This document shows, piece after piece, positions 1 to 7,091 of a stretch of DNA of 32,000 nucleotides. Where the stretch lies: the NCBI GenBank assembly GCA_963704755.1, contig OY969938.1:660001-692000 (forward strand), read 5' to 3'. The notes beneath the pieces are model-generated. The model was given only the letters and a program-made list of their open reading frames with translations. It was not told the origin of the DNA and made no database searches. This stretch comes from an uncultured Chloroflexia bacterium. GTDB lineage: Bacteria; Chloroflexota; Anaerolineae; Anaerolineales; Anaerolineaceae. The translations under genes and the position numbers were made by a program. Position 1 is the first letter of the stretch. Each line of letters begins with the position of its first letter.

Positions 1-478
1 AGCGATTAATTTTCCGCAAATTTTCAGCAATACTTCCCATTGGGTCAGTTTTCCATGTTGATGAGTATGCAAAAATTATTCTTGCTATTGCACTGTTTTC
101 ATGGCTAAGACTTTTTACAGATTTAATCTTTTCCGAAGCATCTCTTAATTCAGCAACAGACAAAACCGATTTTACTTCTATGGTGGCTAATACTGGTTCG
201 ACTGGAAAAACCCTATAATCTTTTCCTGCCAGTAAAAGCGGGCAATTCAAGTGGTCATAAATTACCAAATCACATTGTTTAGTGGTATGCCCCAACTCAT
301 CAACTATTTCACCATTCGCGACAGCATATTTAGAAGGCAAATAAGTGCTTAGAAAGGTTCTTAAACTTGCTTCTCTTTCGCTTCCCCTTTCACCAGCATG
401 GTTGACCTGCGATTGAATTTGTTCAAAGTCCAAAAGCATTTGTTTTCCAATCCCATCAAAAACTTTGCTTAAATCCAT
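1..478 (-). CDS. Partial CDS (N-terminal ~159 aa; the C-terminus lies left of the window). DUF6602-like protein with a restriction-endonuclease (PD-(D/E)xK-type) fold.
   Basis: It is absent from the ORF track because it runs off the window edge. My translation of the minus strand from the ATG at 478..476 is uninterrupted: MDLSKVFDGIGKQMLLDFEQIQSQVNHAGERGSEREASLRTFLSTYLPSKYAVANGEIVDELGHTTKQCDLVIYDHLNCPLL...PVLATIEVKS. The pattern H.GE.G...E...FL...LP...G.I.D..G....Q.D.VIYD ... EVK is what I remember for DUF6602/PD-(D/E)xK proteins. The family name is from memory. Confidence 0.55.
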   Translation of the reverse strand, partial: MDLSKVFDGIGKQMLLDFEQIQSQVNHAGERGSEREASLRTFLSTYLPSKYAVANGEIVDELGHTTKQCDLVIYDHLNCPLLLAGKDYRVFPVEPVLATIEVKSVLSVAELRDASEKIKSVKSLSHENSAIARIIFAYSSTWKTDPMGSIAENLRKINR

Positions 479-525
479 AGATGTTTCCTTGAGTTTTGTT
501 ATAAACGTTTTATTTTTTGAAGTAT

Positions 526-676
526 CTAGCTACCGGATTGGCTCAATGGCAGCGGCGAGACTCTTCCTCAATTATGTCCCATTTCAGGCAAGCTAACGCT
601 GTTTTGAGCGGTGAAATCGCTGTCCGACTGTAGCCGATGTTTGCCCGCCTTCTTGAATTTGAGCCAAGATAGCTAG
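526..676. repeat. Intergenic element of ~150 bp bounded by imperfect inverted repeats
   Basis: CTAGCTACCGGATTGGCTCAA (526..546) faces TTGAGCCAAGATAGCTAG (659..676). The outer 7 nt and inner 9 nt are exactly complementary. The right arm overlaps the TIR gene stop codon (673..675). The enclosed sequence is visibly GC-richer than its flanks. Confidence 0.4.
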
Positions 677-1800
677 CGTTTCTTTTCTGATAACTTCTTA
701 ATCGTAGCCCGCATTTTTTTCTGTGCTGTTTCGGAAGACTTACCATCTTTACAAAACTTCTGTAGAAGTTCTATTGCCTTTTCGCGGTTTGCGTCATTAA
801 ATTTGTCTTGATCGTGAAGATACTCAAAGTATTCACGAATTCTCTTACGTGCTACGTGATATGTCTCGCCGCTATAATGCAACAAAAGTTCGGCACTGTT
901 GGGTTCGTCTGCTCCTATTATCCCTGATATGCCAGAAATGGATATTACCCAATAGGGGTCGTCGATAATATTCTTCTCTAAGAGAATGTTTGATGAGATA
1001 TTCTTATTCTTTACGAGATCGCGAGCAAGTTTAACGGCGTTCTCTAATAATCCGCTTGACGAGGGTGCGTTTGAAATGACGCCTCTTAAAGTTTCTTCAT
1101 CAATCTCAAATCCCTTTTCTCTGTATCCCATTATCATACGTTTGCGAACATCTAGGTCGAAGTCTCTGAGGAGTTTTTTGAATAACTCATCATCTTGTTG
1201 TCCGCTATCTAGCATAACCTTTAATGCCATTATTCTTAAATTTGGTTGTACTGCTTGATTCGCGATAAATTTTCTCAATTCATCTTTATACTTACCCTGT
1301 TTTACTAACTGCAAAAGACCGTCAAAGCCTTCCTTGACCAAAATGTCCCCAATTCTCTCTTGAAAAGGTTCATTCTTTGGTATGCTCTGTTGCAGGTTGA
1401 TATATTTGCTTTGAATGCTTTTCAATAGTTTTGCGAATAAGTCTTGGTACTTCTCTTCCTCCCGAAAATCAGCATAAACCTTATCAAGTAAGAAGCCAGG
1501 CATATCACAGTTGCGCAGTAGAATCGGCAAGACTTTGATATAGGATTCGGAAATTTGAATGTGCAAGGCTTGTTCTAATTCTTCTCGAACCCATGCCGAT
1601 TGCACGGAATCAGGGGAAAGAACTGCACCCAAATAATCCATTTCATATACACCTGATGAAATCTTTCTGATAAGCAAGTCGCCAACCTTAATTTCCGCCT
1701 CATCAAGCCAAACTCGCACCCCTTCTGCTATTAAGTCATTTGCCAAACGGCGTACAAAGGGTTTATCTTTATGGTTGTGGCTTAGAAATATGCTTGTCAT
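673..1800 (-). CDS. TIR-domain protein (N-terminal TIR_2-like domain, C-terminal helical-repeat domain of unknown function)
   Basis: ORF 673..1818. I prefer the start at Met7 (1800) because GGAGG lies 8 nt upstream. The N-terminus MTSIFLSHNHKDKPFVRRLANDLIAEGVRVWLDEAEIKVGD...YLGAVLSPDSVQSAWVREELEQA matches the bacterial TIR pattern (F.SH..D, VW.D..E...G, S.W...E). The last ~230 aa are alpha-helical repeats with no motif I recognise. Confidence 0.85.
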   Translation of the reverse strand: MTSIFLSHNHKDKPFVRRLANDLIAEGVRVWLDEAEIKVGDLLIRKISSGVYEMDYLGAVLSPDSVQSAWVREELEQALHIQISESYIKVLPILLRNCDMPGFLLDKVYADFREEEKYQDLFAKLLKSIQSKYINLQQSIPKNEPFQERIGDILVKEGFDGLLQLVKQGKYKDELRKFIANQAVQPNLRIMALKVMLDSGQQDDELFKKLLRDFDLDVRKRMIMGYREKGFEIDEETLRGVISNAPSSSGLLENAVKLARDLVKNKNISSNILLEKNIIDDPYWVISISGISGIIGADEPNSAELLLHYSGETYHVARKRIREYFEYLHDQDKFNDANREKAIELLQKFCKDGKSSETAQKKMRATIKKLSEKKR

Positions 1801-1862
1801 ATTTGCAACCTCCATCATGTGCCGAGTAATTTTTGCAGTTGTAGGCGTGCTCTGCCACGTGG

Positions 1863-3146
1863 TGCCTCAAAATAAAATGTTACTTTGGGATAATCGTTGC
1901 CTCAAATAGAAATGTTACCGGAGAATTCTTAACAATTGATTGACCTTTTTATTGATACTGGCCTGTAAGGACACAGGGTTCAGATGAACATATTGGGCAG
2001 TAAGACTGGCCTTGACTTTCAGGGGAAGAGAGTCCTGGGCTAAGACCCGGCGATAGGGGGTCTTGGCCAGATCATACTTACGGATCGTCTTGCCGTCAAC
2101 GGTTTCTTTAGCAATCAGTTTGAGAACTGGCTGGAAAAAATTGATGTAAAGACGCAAATCGGAGTAAATGGATTTGAGCAAGGCAAGTTCTTGTGGGGTT
2201 TCGAAGCGGTCATAGCCAATGGTATGTCGAACAACCGACCAATTCTTCTGTTCCACATGAGCCTGATCATTCTTGTGGTAAGGCCGCGAACGCGTAAAGG
2301 TAATGAGTTCGCTCTGGCAGTATCGCAAAAGTGTATCGTTGATGAATTCACTGCCATTGTCTGAATCCAATCCCAAAAGAGGAAAAGGCAGGTTATGGCG
2401 CAATTCCTCAATGGCTTGAGAGACAGCTGTCTGGGTTTTGTTGGCCAGGCCCAGGCACTCGGTCCAGCCGGTGGCTAAATCGGTTGCAGTGAGGGTATTG
2501 AGGTAGGTACCCTCGGTGGTTGTACCACAATGGGCCACCAGGTCGATTTCCAGAAAGCCTGGCTTCTCGTCCTCCCAAGGGGTAAAGGTGCGGATGGGAA
2601 TGGCTTGTTTGAGCAAACTGCCCGGTTTGGTAGTCCCAAGCCCACGTGGGGTGGGGGCGAGGCGTGCCTTTTTCAAACAGCGATCTATGGTGGCCCGGCT
2701 CAAGCTCAACAAAAGCGCTTTGGTTTCCTCGCTCAACTCTATTTCCTGCCAGCGCTCTAAAACATCCACCATTTCAGGAATAAAAGGCTGTAGTCGTTTT
2801 GAGCAGATGCACCCACTAACTTCCCAAATCTTTTCCAGAGCCACGACGACTTCCCCGTTGTATTTCTTCCGTCGCCCGGCTTTCTTCAACCCCTTTGGCT
2901 TGGAACCATGCTTCAACAGCCGAATAGCGTATTTACGATGATATCCGCTTGTGGCGATAAATTCATCCAGAATCTGTTTCTTCTCGGCTTTCCTGGCTTT
3001 CAAATAGCGCGGACGAATGCTTTCTAGCATCTCCCGCCGACTGCGTTAACTCATCATGAGCTCCCTCTGCGGTGCTTTATTCCGCGTTAGGGTAACATTT
3101 ATTTTGAGCCAACGTTATTTCGCAAAGTAAGATTAATTGTGAGGCA
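1863..3146 (-). mobile_element. Insertion sequence (~1.28 kb), single rve/DDE transposase, two copies of a ~21-bp motif at each end in inverted orientation
   Basis: Left end: TGCCTCAAAATAAAATGTTAC (1863..1883) and TGCCTCAAATAGAAATGTTACC (1898..1919). Right end: GTAACATTTATTTTGAG (3092..3108) and GTAAGATTAATTGTGAGGCA (3127..3146), which are reverse complements of the same motif. No clear target-site duplication was seen. Confidence 0.7.
1915..3030 (-). CDS. DDE transposase with integrase-core (rve) fold and an N-terminal HTH
   Basis: 371-aa ORF. DDE signature: EIDLVAHCG ... LDSDNGSEFIN ... HVEQKNWSVVR. The N-terminus (KAEKKQILDEFIATSGYHRKYAIRLLK) is HTH-like. It is flanked by the inverted terminal motifs. 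Confidence 0.9.
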   Translation of the reverse strand: MLESIRPRYLKARKAEKKQILDEFIATSGYHRKYAIRLLKHGSKPKGLKKAGRRKKYNGEVVVALEKIWEVSGCICSKRLQPFIPEMVDVLERWQEIELSEETKALLLSLSRATIDRCLKKARLAPTPRGLGTTKPGSLLKQAIPIRTFTPWEDEKPGFLEIDLVAHCGTTTEGTYLNTLTATDLATGWTECLGLANKTQTAVSQAIEELRHNLPFPLLGLDSDNGSEFINDTLLRYCQSELITFTRSRPYHKNDQAHVEQKNWSVVRHTIGYDRFETPQELALLKSIYSDLRLYINFFQPVLKLIAKETVDGKTIRKYDLAKTPYRRVLAQDSLPLKVKASLTAQYVHLNPVSLQASINKKVNQLLRILR

Positions 3147-3203
3147 ATTCGTGCCATTTCATTTCCCGCTTCAATTAATTATAATTATTCTCCTCTTCAA
3201 TTC

Positions 3204-3240
3204 AACAAAAAACCACCCTCCAATTTTTTGGAGGGTGGTT
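3204..3240 (-). terminator. Rho-independent terminator after the HigA-like gene
   Basis: A perfect 12-bp stem, AACCACCCTCCA (3211..3222) / TGGAGGGTGGTT (3229..3240), with a 6-nt loop. On the minus strand it is followed by TTTTTTGTT. Confidence 0.65.
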
Positions 3241-3280
3241 CACTTGCATTAAATTAATTTACTTCATCATCAGTCTCCAT

Positions 3281-3694
3281 TTATACCCGCATATGTGACT
3301 CGATCCGCGGTTTAATGGTGGACGTAGCCTTATGAGCCTGTTTGCCAACTAAAAGATCCGCGGGGATCCCAAGGCCCGTGTGTAGTCGCCGGATCATCTG
3401 AAGAGAGAGACCACGTTTGCGGTTAAGTATTTCTGAAACGCGTTCTTTGCTACCCAGATAGGCAATTAAATCAGAACAACTCAGCCCCCGGCTTTCCATG
3501 TAATATTCCAGCACCTGTACCGGATCATCCGGTTCAGGGATGGGGAAGTGTTTTGGCTCATACGCTTCGACCTAAGTCACGAACACATCCAGCCGGTCGC
3601 CATCGGGAGTACCAGGCTGGGAATCCACCAATATTTCAATTTCTTTCAACGCTGCCTGATAATCGGTTTCGCTGTGAATAGGTTTAATCTCCAT
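3281..3694 (-). pseudogene. HigA-type (COG5499-like) HTH antitoxin interrupted by an in-frame amber codon; no cognate toxin gene upstream
   Basis: The track ORF 3281..3514 (MLEYYMESRGLSCSDLIAYLGSKERVSEILNRKRGLSLQMIRRLHTGLGIP) continues upstream in frame. It reads MEIKPIHSETDYQAALKEIEILVDSQPGTPDGDRLDVFVT*VEAYEPKHFPIPEPDDPVQ from the ATG at 3694. The only interruption is a TAG at 3574..3572, where a Leu codon (TTG) would fit. Confidence 0.6.
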
Positions 3695-3964
3695 ATTCCG
3701 GAGGATGAAGAGCGATTAATTATTGCTACAGGGAGATATCTGGGGGAAGGGTTTGATGATGCTCGTCTTGATACTTTATTTTTGGCCTTGCCAATTGCCT
3801 GGCGCGGAACAGTCGCACAATATGCAGGTCGTCTTCACCGTAATTATGACTTGAAAAGCGAAGTGATTATTTATGATCATGTAGATGAACAAGTGCCAGT
3901 TCTGGCAGGAATGTTCCGAAAACGTAAAAACGCTTATAAAGCTATTGGTTACAAGGTGGAATAA
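3695..3964 (+). pseudogene. C-terminal remnant (~89 aa) of an SF2 helicase
   Basis: IPEDEERLIIATGRYLGEGFDDARLDTLFLALPIAWRGTVAQYAGRLHRNYD... contains the helicase motif VI pattern (Q..GR..R). There is no N-terminal helicase part. The first 49 codons of track ORF 3548..3964 are simply antisense to the HigA-like gene. Confidence 0.6.
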
Positions 3965-3991
3965 TCTCTTTGGAAAGGATGTAAAGACTTT

Positions 3992-4486
3992 TCATGCCGA
4001 ATATAGAGTGCGAATGGTTTTGCGCGCCTGATTGATTACACGGTCAGAAATCCAAAGTGATGAACCTGCCAAAGCATTTAATGAATTCAATGCCTCGTTT
4101 TCACTCTCGACGTGCCCAACTGCTACTGCCCAAAGCAATAAACCAATCGACCCATGAATTTCCAACCCAAGAGACTCACCAAATTGTCTGGCGATAGCAT
4201 CGTCAGTCAGCAACCATTCCGCTTGCATTTGCATGGTTAGTGCAATGGCAGCTGCTTCACCTTCATCGATCTGTTTTCTCCACTCGAGCGTTTTTCTCTG
4301 ATATGGTTCCTCCAGTTCTTTGATGGTAACCCAATCGGGCAACTTGATATCAGAGGCATTCCGTTTGAATTCTTCTGCCACGACAGATGGAATAATTATT
4401 TCCCCTGCCAGATGCAATAGATTGATGATATTTGCTTCACCAAGATGTAACAGAGGGCCAGTATCGCAAACGACGATACGCCTCAT
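3992..4486 (-). CDS. PIN-domain protein (putative toxin of a type II TA pair)
   Basis: 164 aa. The N-terminus MRRIVVCDTGPLLHLGEANIINLL...IIIPSVVAEEF is typical of PIN-domain proteins (acidic D in VCDTGP). It overlaps the upstream AbrB-type gene by 4 nt. Confidence 0.8.
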   Translation of the reverse strand: MRRIVVCDTGPLLHLGEANIINLLHLAGEIIIPSVVAEEFKRNASDIKLPDWVTIKELEEPYQRKTLEWRKQIDEGEAAAIALTMQMQAEWLLTDDAIARQFGESLGLEIHGSIGLLLWAVAVGHVESENEALNSLNALAGSSLWISDRVINQARKTIRTLYSA

Positions 4487-4704
4487 GCTTTTTGACCTTT
4501 CTGTTTTACTGCCCAGTCAATATCTTCAAGCTGGTATTTTTCAGCCAGAGAACGATCCAGTGCCAGCTTTGGAACTAATCGAATGGTCCCATCGGTATCA
4601 ACAACTGCTTCAAGTAAATCACCTTCAGCGATTTTAGCTTTACGACGCGTTGGAGCAGGTAAGGTAATTTGTCCGTTGCTTCGGACTTGCAGATATTCAG
4701 GCAT
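4483..4704 (-). CDS. AbrB/SpoVT/MazE-family antitoxin
   Basis: MPEYLQVRSNGQITLPAPTRRKAKIAEGDLLEAVVDTDGTIRLVP is a swapped-hairpin AbrB-type motif. I place the start at Met15 (4704) because the track ATG at 4746 sits 2 nt from the -10 box of the promoter below. Confidence 0.8.
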   Translation of the reverse strand: MPEYLQVRSNGQITLPAPTRRKAKIAEGDLLEAVVDTDGTIRLVPKLALDRSLAEKYQLEDIDWAVKQKGQKA

Positions 4705-4748
4705 GGTTAACTCTCTTTCTGATATCCTGATTGTTTGACTTCTCATAA

Positions 4749-4777
4749 ATCATACATCGCCCAAATGCCTTTGTCAA
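4749..4777 (-). promoter_or_regulatory. Sigma-70-type promoter of the AbrB/PIN pair
   Basis: On the minus strand: TTGACA (4777..4772), a 17-nt spacer, then TATGAT (4754..4749). Confidence 0.5.
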
Positions 4778-4900
4778 GGAAAATGGTGAGTTGAAGAATA
4801 AGTCGGCCTGGTTTTATGTTTCTAACTTGTTCCGATAAACCTGAAGCATTATTTCATTTTGTAAATTTATTTTCCAGGCGTAAATTAAAGGAAAGAACCC

Positions 4901-4929
4901 TTGAATTAGTAATACAAATGTATTACAAT
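4901..4929 (+). promoter_or_regulatory. Sigma-70-type promoter with an embedded palindromic operator
   Basis: TTGAAT (4901..4906), a 17-nt spacer, then TACAAT (4924..4929). The inverted repeat GTAATACA-AA-TGTATTAC (4909..4926) covers the spacer and the start of the -10 box. AAGGAG lies ahead of the ATG at 4957. Confidence 0.5.
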
Positions 4930-4956
4930 GTATATAACAAAAAGGAGTTTACAACC

Positions 4957-5184
4957 ATGCCCAGAAAAAATTCGTCCACCAAAGCAGTTCGTTCTTTTCG
5001 CCTCAGCCTCGAATGCGTTCGACAATTGAAAGACCTCTCCGGAAACATGGGACGTAGTGAGGGTGATGTGGTCGAGGTGTCAATCGACCGTATGTATCGA
5101 GAAGAGTTTAGATTTGGGAATTTGATGATCAGCGAAGGTCAAAAACCTGAAGACAACTACAGAATAGGAAAGCAAGAGGAGTAA
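4957..5184 (+). CDS. Small protein (75 aa), possibly a ribbon-helix-helix regulator
   Basis: I place the start at Met48 of track ORF 4816..5184, because the promoter lies inside the longer ORF and AAGGAG precedes 4957. RSFRLSLECVRQLKDLSGNMGRSEGDVVEVSIDRMY fits a strand-helix-helix layout. The assignment is weak. Confidence 0.5.
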   Translation: MPRKNSSTKAVRSFRLSLECVRQLKDLSGNMGRSEGDVVEVSIDRMYREEFRFGNLMISEGQKPEDNYRIGKQEE

Positions 5185-5186
5185 AG

Positions 5187-5657
5187 ATGATTGCGGGATT
5201 ATTTCACTTTGTGTGGAAAATCATTTGGAACACAATTGTAATCCTGGTCTGTGCCGGCCTGGGATTTGTAAGTTACAAAGCCAACCAGCCGATGATGGTC
5301 AAAGAAGCTCCAGCAGGCATGACTTACATTGAGTTTATCCAGGATCGAATCGATGCTGCGAAAACAGTTGAACCTTCGAGATGTGGTTGGGGAATGATGA
5401 TCTCCCTGGCTGTATTAGGTCCAATCTATAGTGTCGTATATACCGACGTGGCAATCTATCCAAATGGAAAGCTTGCTAAATTGACAGCGTCTGACCCGGA
5501 TATTCCGAAAGGCATAGCCGGCGCGAAGTGGACCGAAGTCCCAGGGATTTGGTGGGGAGTGGTGGAACGATTGTCGTGGACAATGCTTGGAAAGCCGGCG
5601 GTGTTTGGATGCAAATTTAGGCCTGTGCTGATAAAATATACTGATAAAGTGAATTGA
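5187..5657 (+). CDS. Hypothetical membrane protein (156 aa)
   Basis: It starts 2 nt after the previous stop. Hydrophobic segments: IIWNTIVILVCAGLGFV and GWGMMISLAVLGPIYSVVY. No recognisable family. Confidence 0.6.
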   Translation: MIAGLFHFVWKIIWNTIVILVCAGLGFVSYKANQPMMVKEAPAGMTYIEFIQDRIDAAKTVEPSRCGWGMMISLAVLGPIYSVVYTDVAIYPNGKLAKLTASDPDIPKGIAGAKWTEVPGIWWGVVERLSWTMLGKPAVFGCKFRPVLIKYTDKVN

Positions 5658-5660
5658 ACC

Positions 5661-5688
5661 TTGATTAATATAACAATATTGTTATAAT
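5661..5688 (+). promoter_or_regulatory. Sigma-70-type promoter with a perfect 16-bp palindrome
   Basis: TTGATT (5661..5666), a 16-nt spacer, then TATAAT (5683..5688). The perfect palindrome ATAACAATATTGTTAT (5670..5685) overlaps the spacer and the -10 box. The ATG at 5703 is 14 nt downstream. Confidence 0.5.
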
Positions 5689-5702
5689 GAATAGGAAACA
5701 TT

Positions 5703-6032
5703 ATGTGGAGCATCGTTTTCTACAAAGACCATCGAGGCAAATGCCCACCTCTAGAATTCATTGAAAAGCTGCCAGTAACGGAGCAGGCGAAAGTTCGCAA
5801 TGCTTTACGACTTCTACAAGAGTTTGGAACTGGCTTGGATATGCCTCATGCCAAACCTATTCAAGGAAAATTATGGGAGTTGCGTCCTGGTGGTGTTCGG
5901 TTATTCTATTTTGCCTATATTAATCAACAATTCGTTATCTTGCATGGATATCGGAAACAAGGGATGAAAGCTCCCGAACGCGAAATCGCAGCGGCTTTAA
6001 GACGCATGGAAGAATTAATGAGTGAGGTATAG
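5703..6032 (+). CDS. Gp49-like / HigB-RelE-superfamily toxin
   Basis: WSIVFYKDHRGKCPPLEFIEKLPVTEQAKVRNALRLLQEFG...GKLWELRPGGVRLFYFAYINQQFVILHGYRKQGMKAPEREI is the classic phage Gp49/DUF891 pattern. It overlaps the downstream XRE gene by 11 nt. Confidence 0.85.
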   Translation: MWSIVFYKDHRGKCPPLEFIEKLPVTEQAKVRNALRLLQEFGTGLDMPHAKPIQGKLWELRPGGVRLFYFAYINQQFVILHGYRKQGMKAPEREIAAALRRMEELMSEV

Positions 6033-6321
6033 TATGGCTCGAAAAGAGTTGACTCGATTTGAAGATTGGGAAGCAGAAAAACTAAAAAACCCTGATTTTG
6101 TAGCGGCAGCTGAAGCGCTTGAACCTGGATATCAGATCGCTCGACTGCGCATTTTACGCGGCTTGACTCAAACCCAATTAGCCGAATTGGTTGGTACACG
6201 CCAACCCTCGATTGCGCGTTTGGAAAATGGATCGAGTGTTCCTAGTATTTCTTTCTTAAAAAAAGTAGCCGCAGCTTTGGATGCTAGAATCGAAGTCAAG
6301 TTGGTGCTGGGGGCAAAGTAA
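6022..6321 (+). CDS. XRE-family HTH antitoxin
   Basis: LRILRGLTQTQLAELVGTRQPSIARLENGSSVPSISFLKKVAAAL is an XRE/Cro-type HTH. It is paired with the Gp49-like gene. Confidence 0.85.
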   Translation: MRYSMARKELTRFEDWEAEKLKNPDFVAAAEALEPGYQIARLRILRGLTQTQLAELVGTRQPSIARLENGSSVPSISFLKKVAAALDARIEVKLVLGAK

Positions 6322-6426
6322 GTTTTCCGAACCTTTAATTGGATTACTGTTTTGAATAATTTTCAAGAGTAGATGGAATACTTGATAGGGTATCTCATTG
6401 TTATTATAGAACCCGGACGCGCTTGA

Positions 6427-6957
6427 TTACTCCAAATCTTTTACAATCTCTCGAAGTCGCCAGGGTCGGTAATTTCTCACTTCTACACACATATTGATAT
6501 GGTTGGGTCCAAGAGTTGAACCCTCAGGTGGTGGCGGATTATTGTGAATATGACCATGCAGATTAATCCAACCATCCTCAAGCGGAACAACTGGCCAGTG
6601 GGAAAAGATTAACTTTATTTTGTCACTGAATTCAACTTGAATCGGTGTATTAATAATGCTCACTCCGTGAGACTCGTATCGGATTCTATTTAGTCGATCA
6701 TGATTGCCACGGATTAAAATTATTTTGCCATTCAATATTTCGGTAAGAATATCAAAATTGCTTCTTTTTCCAAATGCAAAATCGCCCAAGTGAAGGACGG
6801 TATCCTCTGGGGAGATTAAATCATTCCAGTTTTTGATTATTAGTTCTTGCCAATTGTCGGGACGGTTGCAGTATCTTCCAACATTCACATGGAAGAAGTG
6901 TGTATCTGAGATAATCCAAGTATCCTGATTGATTCCAAACGTGTTGTCGAACTGCAT
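6427..6957 (-). CDS. Calcineurin-like metallophosphoesterase
   Basis: Motifs appear in order: ISDTHFFH (D.H), LGDFAFG (GD), IRGNHD (GNHD), LHGHIH (GH.H). Confidence 0.85.
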   Translation of the reverse strand: MQFDNTFGINQDTWIISDTHFFHVNVGRYCNRPDNWQELIIKNWNDLISPEDTVLHLGDFAFGKRSNFDILTEILNGKIILIRGNHDRLNRIRYESHGVSIINTPIQVEFSDKIKLIFSHWPVVPLEDGWINLHGHIHNNPPPPEGSTLGPNHINMCVEVRNYRPWRLREIVKDLE

Positions 6958-7091
6958 CCTTCAATTATAGTTTGATAGTCAATTTTTATTATGACAAATT
7001 AATATATAAAGGTATGACCATTTAGCCCGTTTCCATCATGTGTTCCTTTAGGAACTAATTGTGAGTTTATTATGAAAATTTGAGTAAATCA

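Noticed and set aside
543-746. 67-aa ORF overlapping the 3' end of the TIR gene
   Set aside because: It is Arg/Ser-rich, overlaps the TIR gene, runs across the inverted-repeat element and has no RBS. It is most likely spurious.
3548-3694. The N-terminal 49 codons of plus-strand ORF 3548..3964 as real coding sequence
   Set aside because: This part is exactly antisense to the well-conserved N-terminal region of the HigA-like gene. Helicase-like sequence only begins at about 3695.
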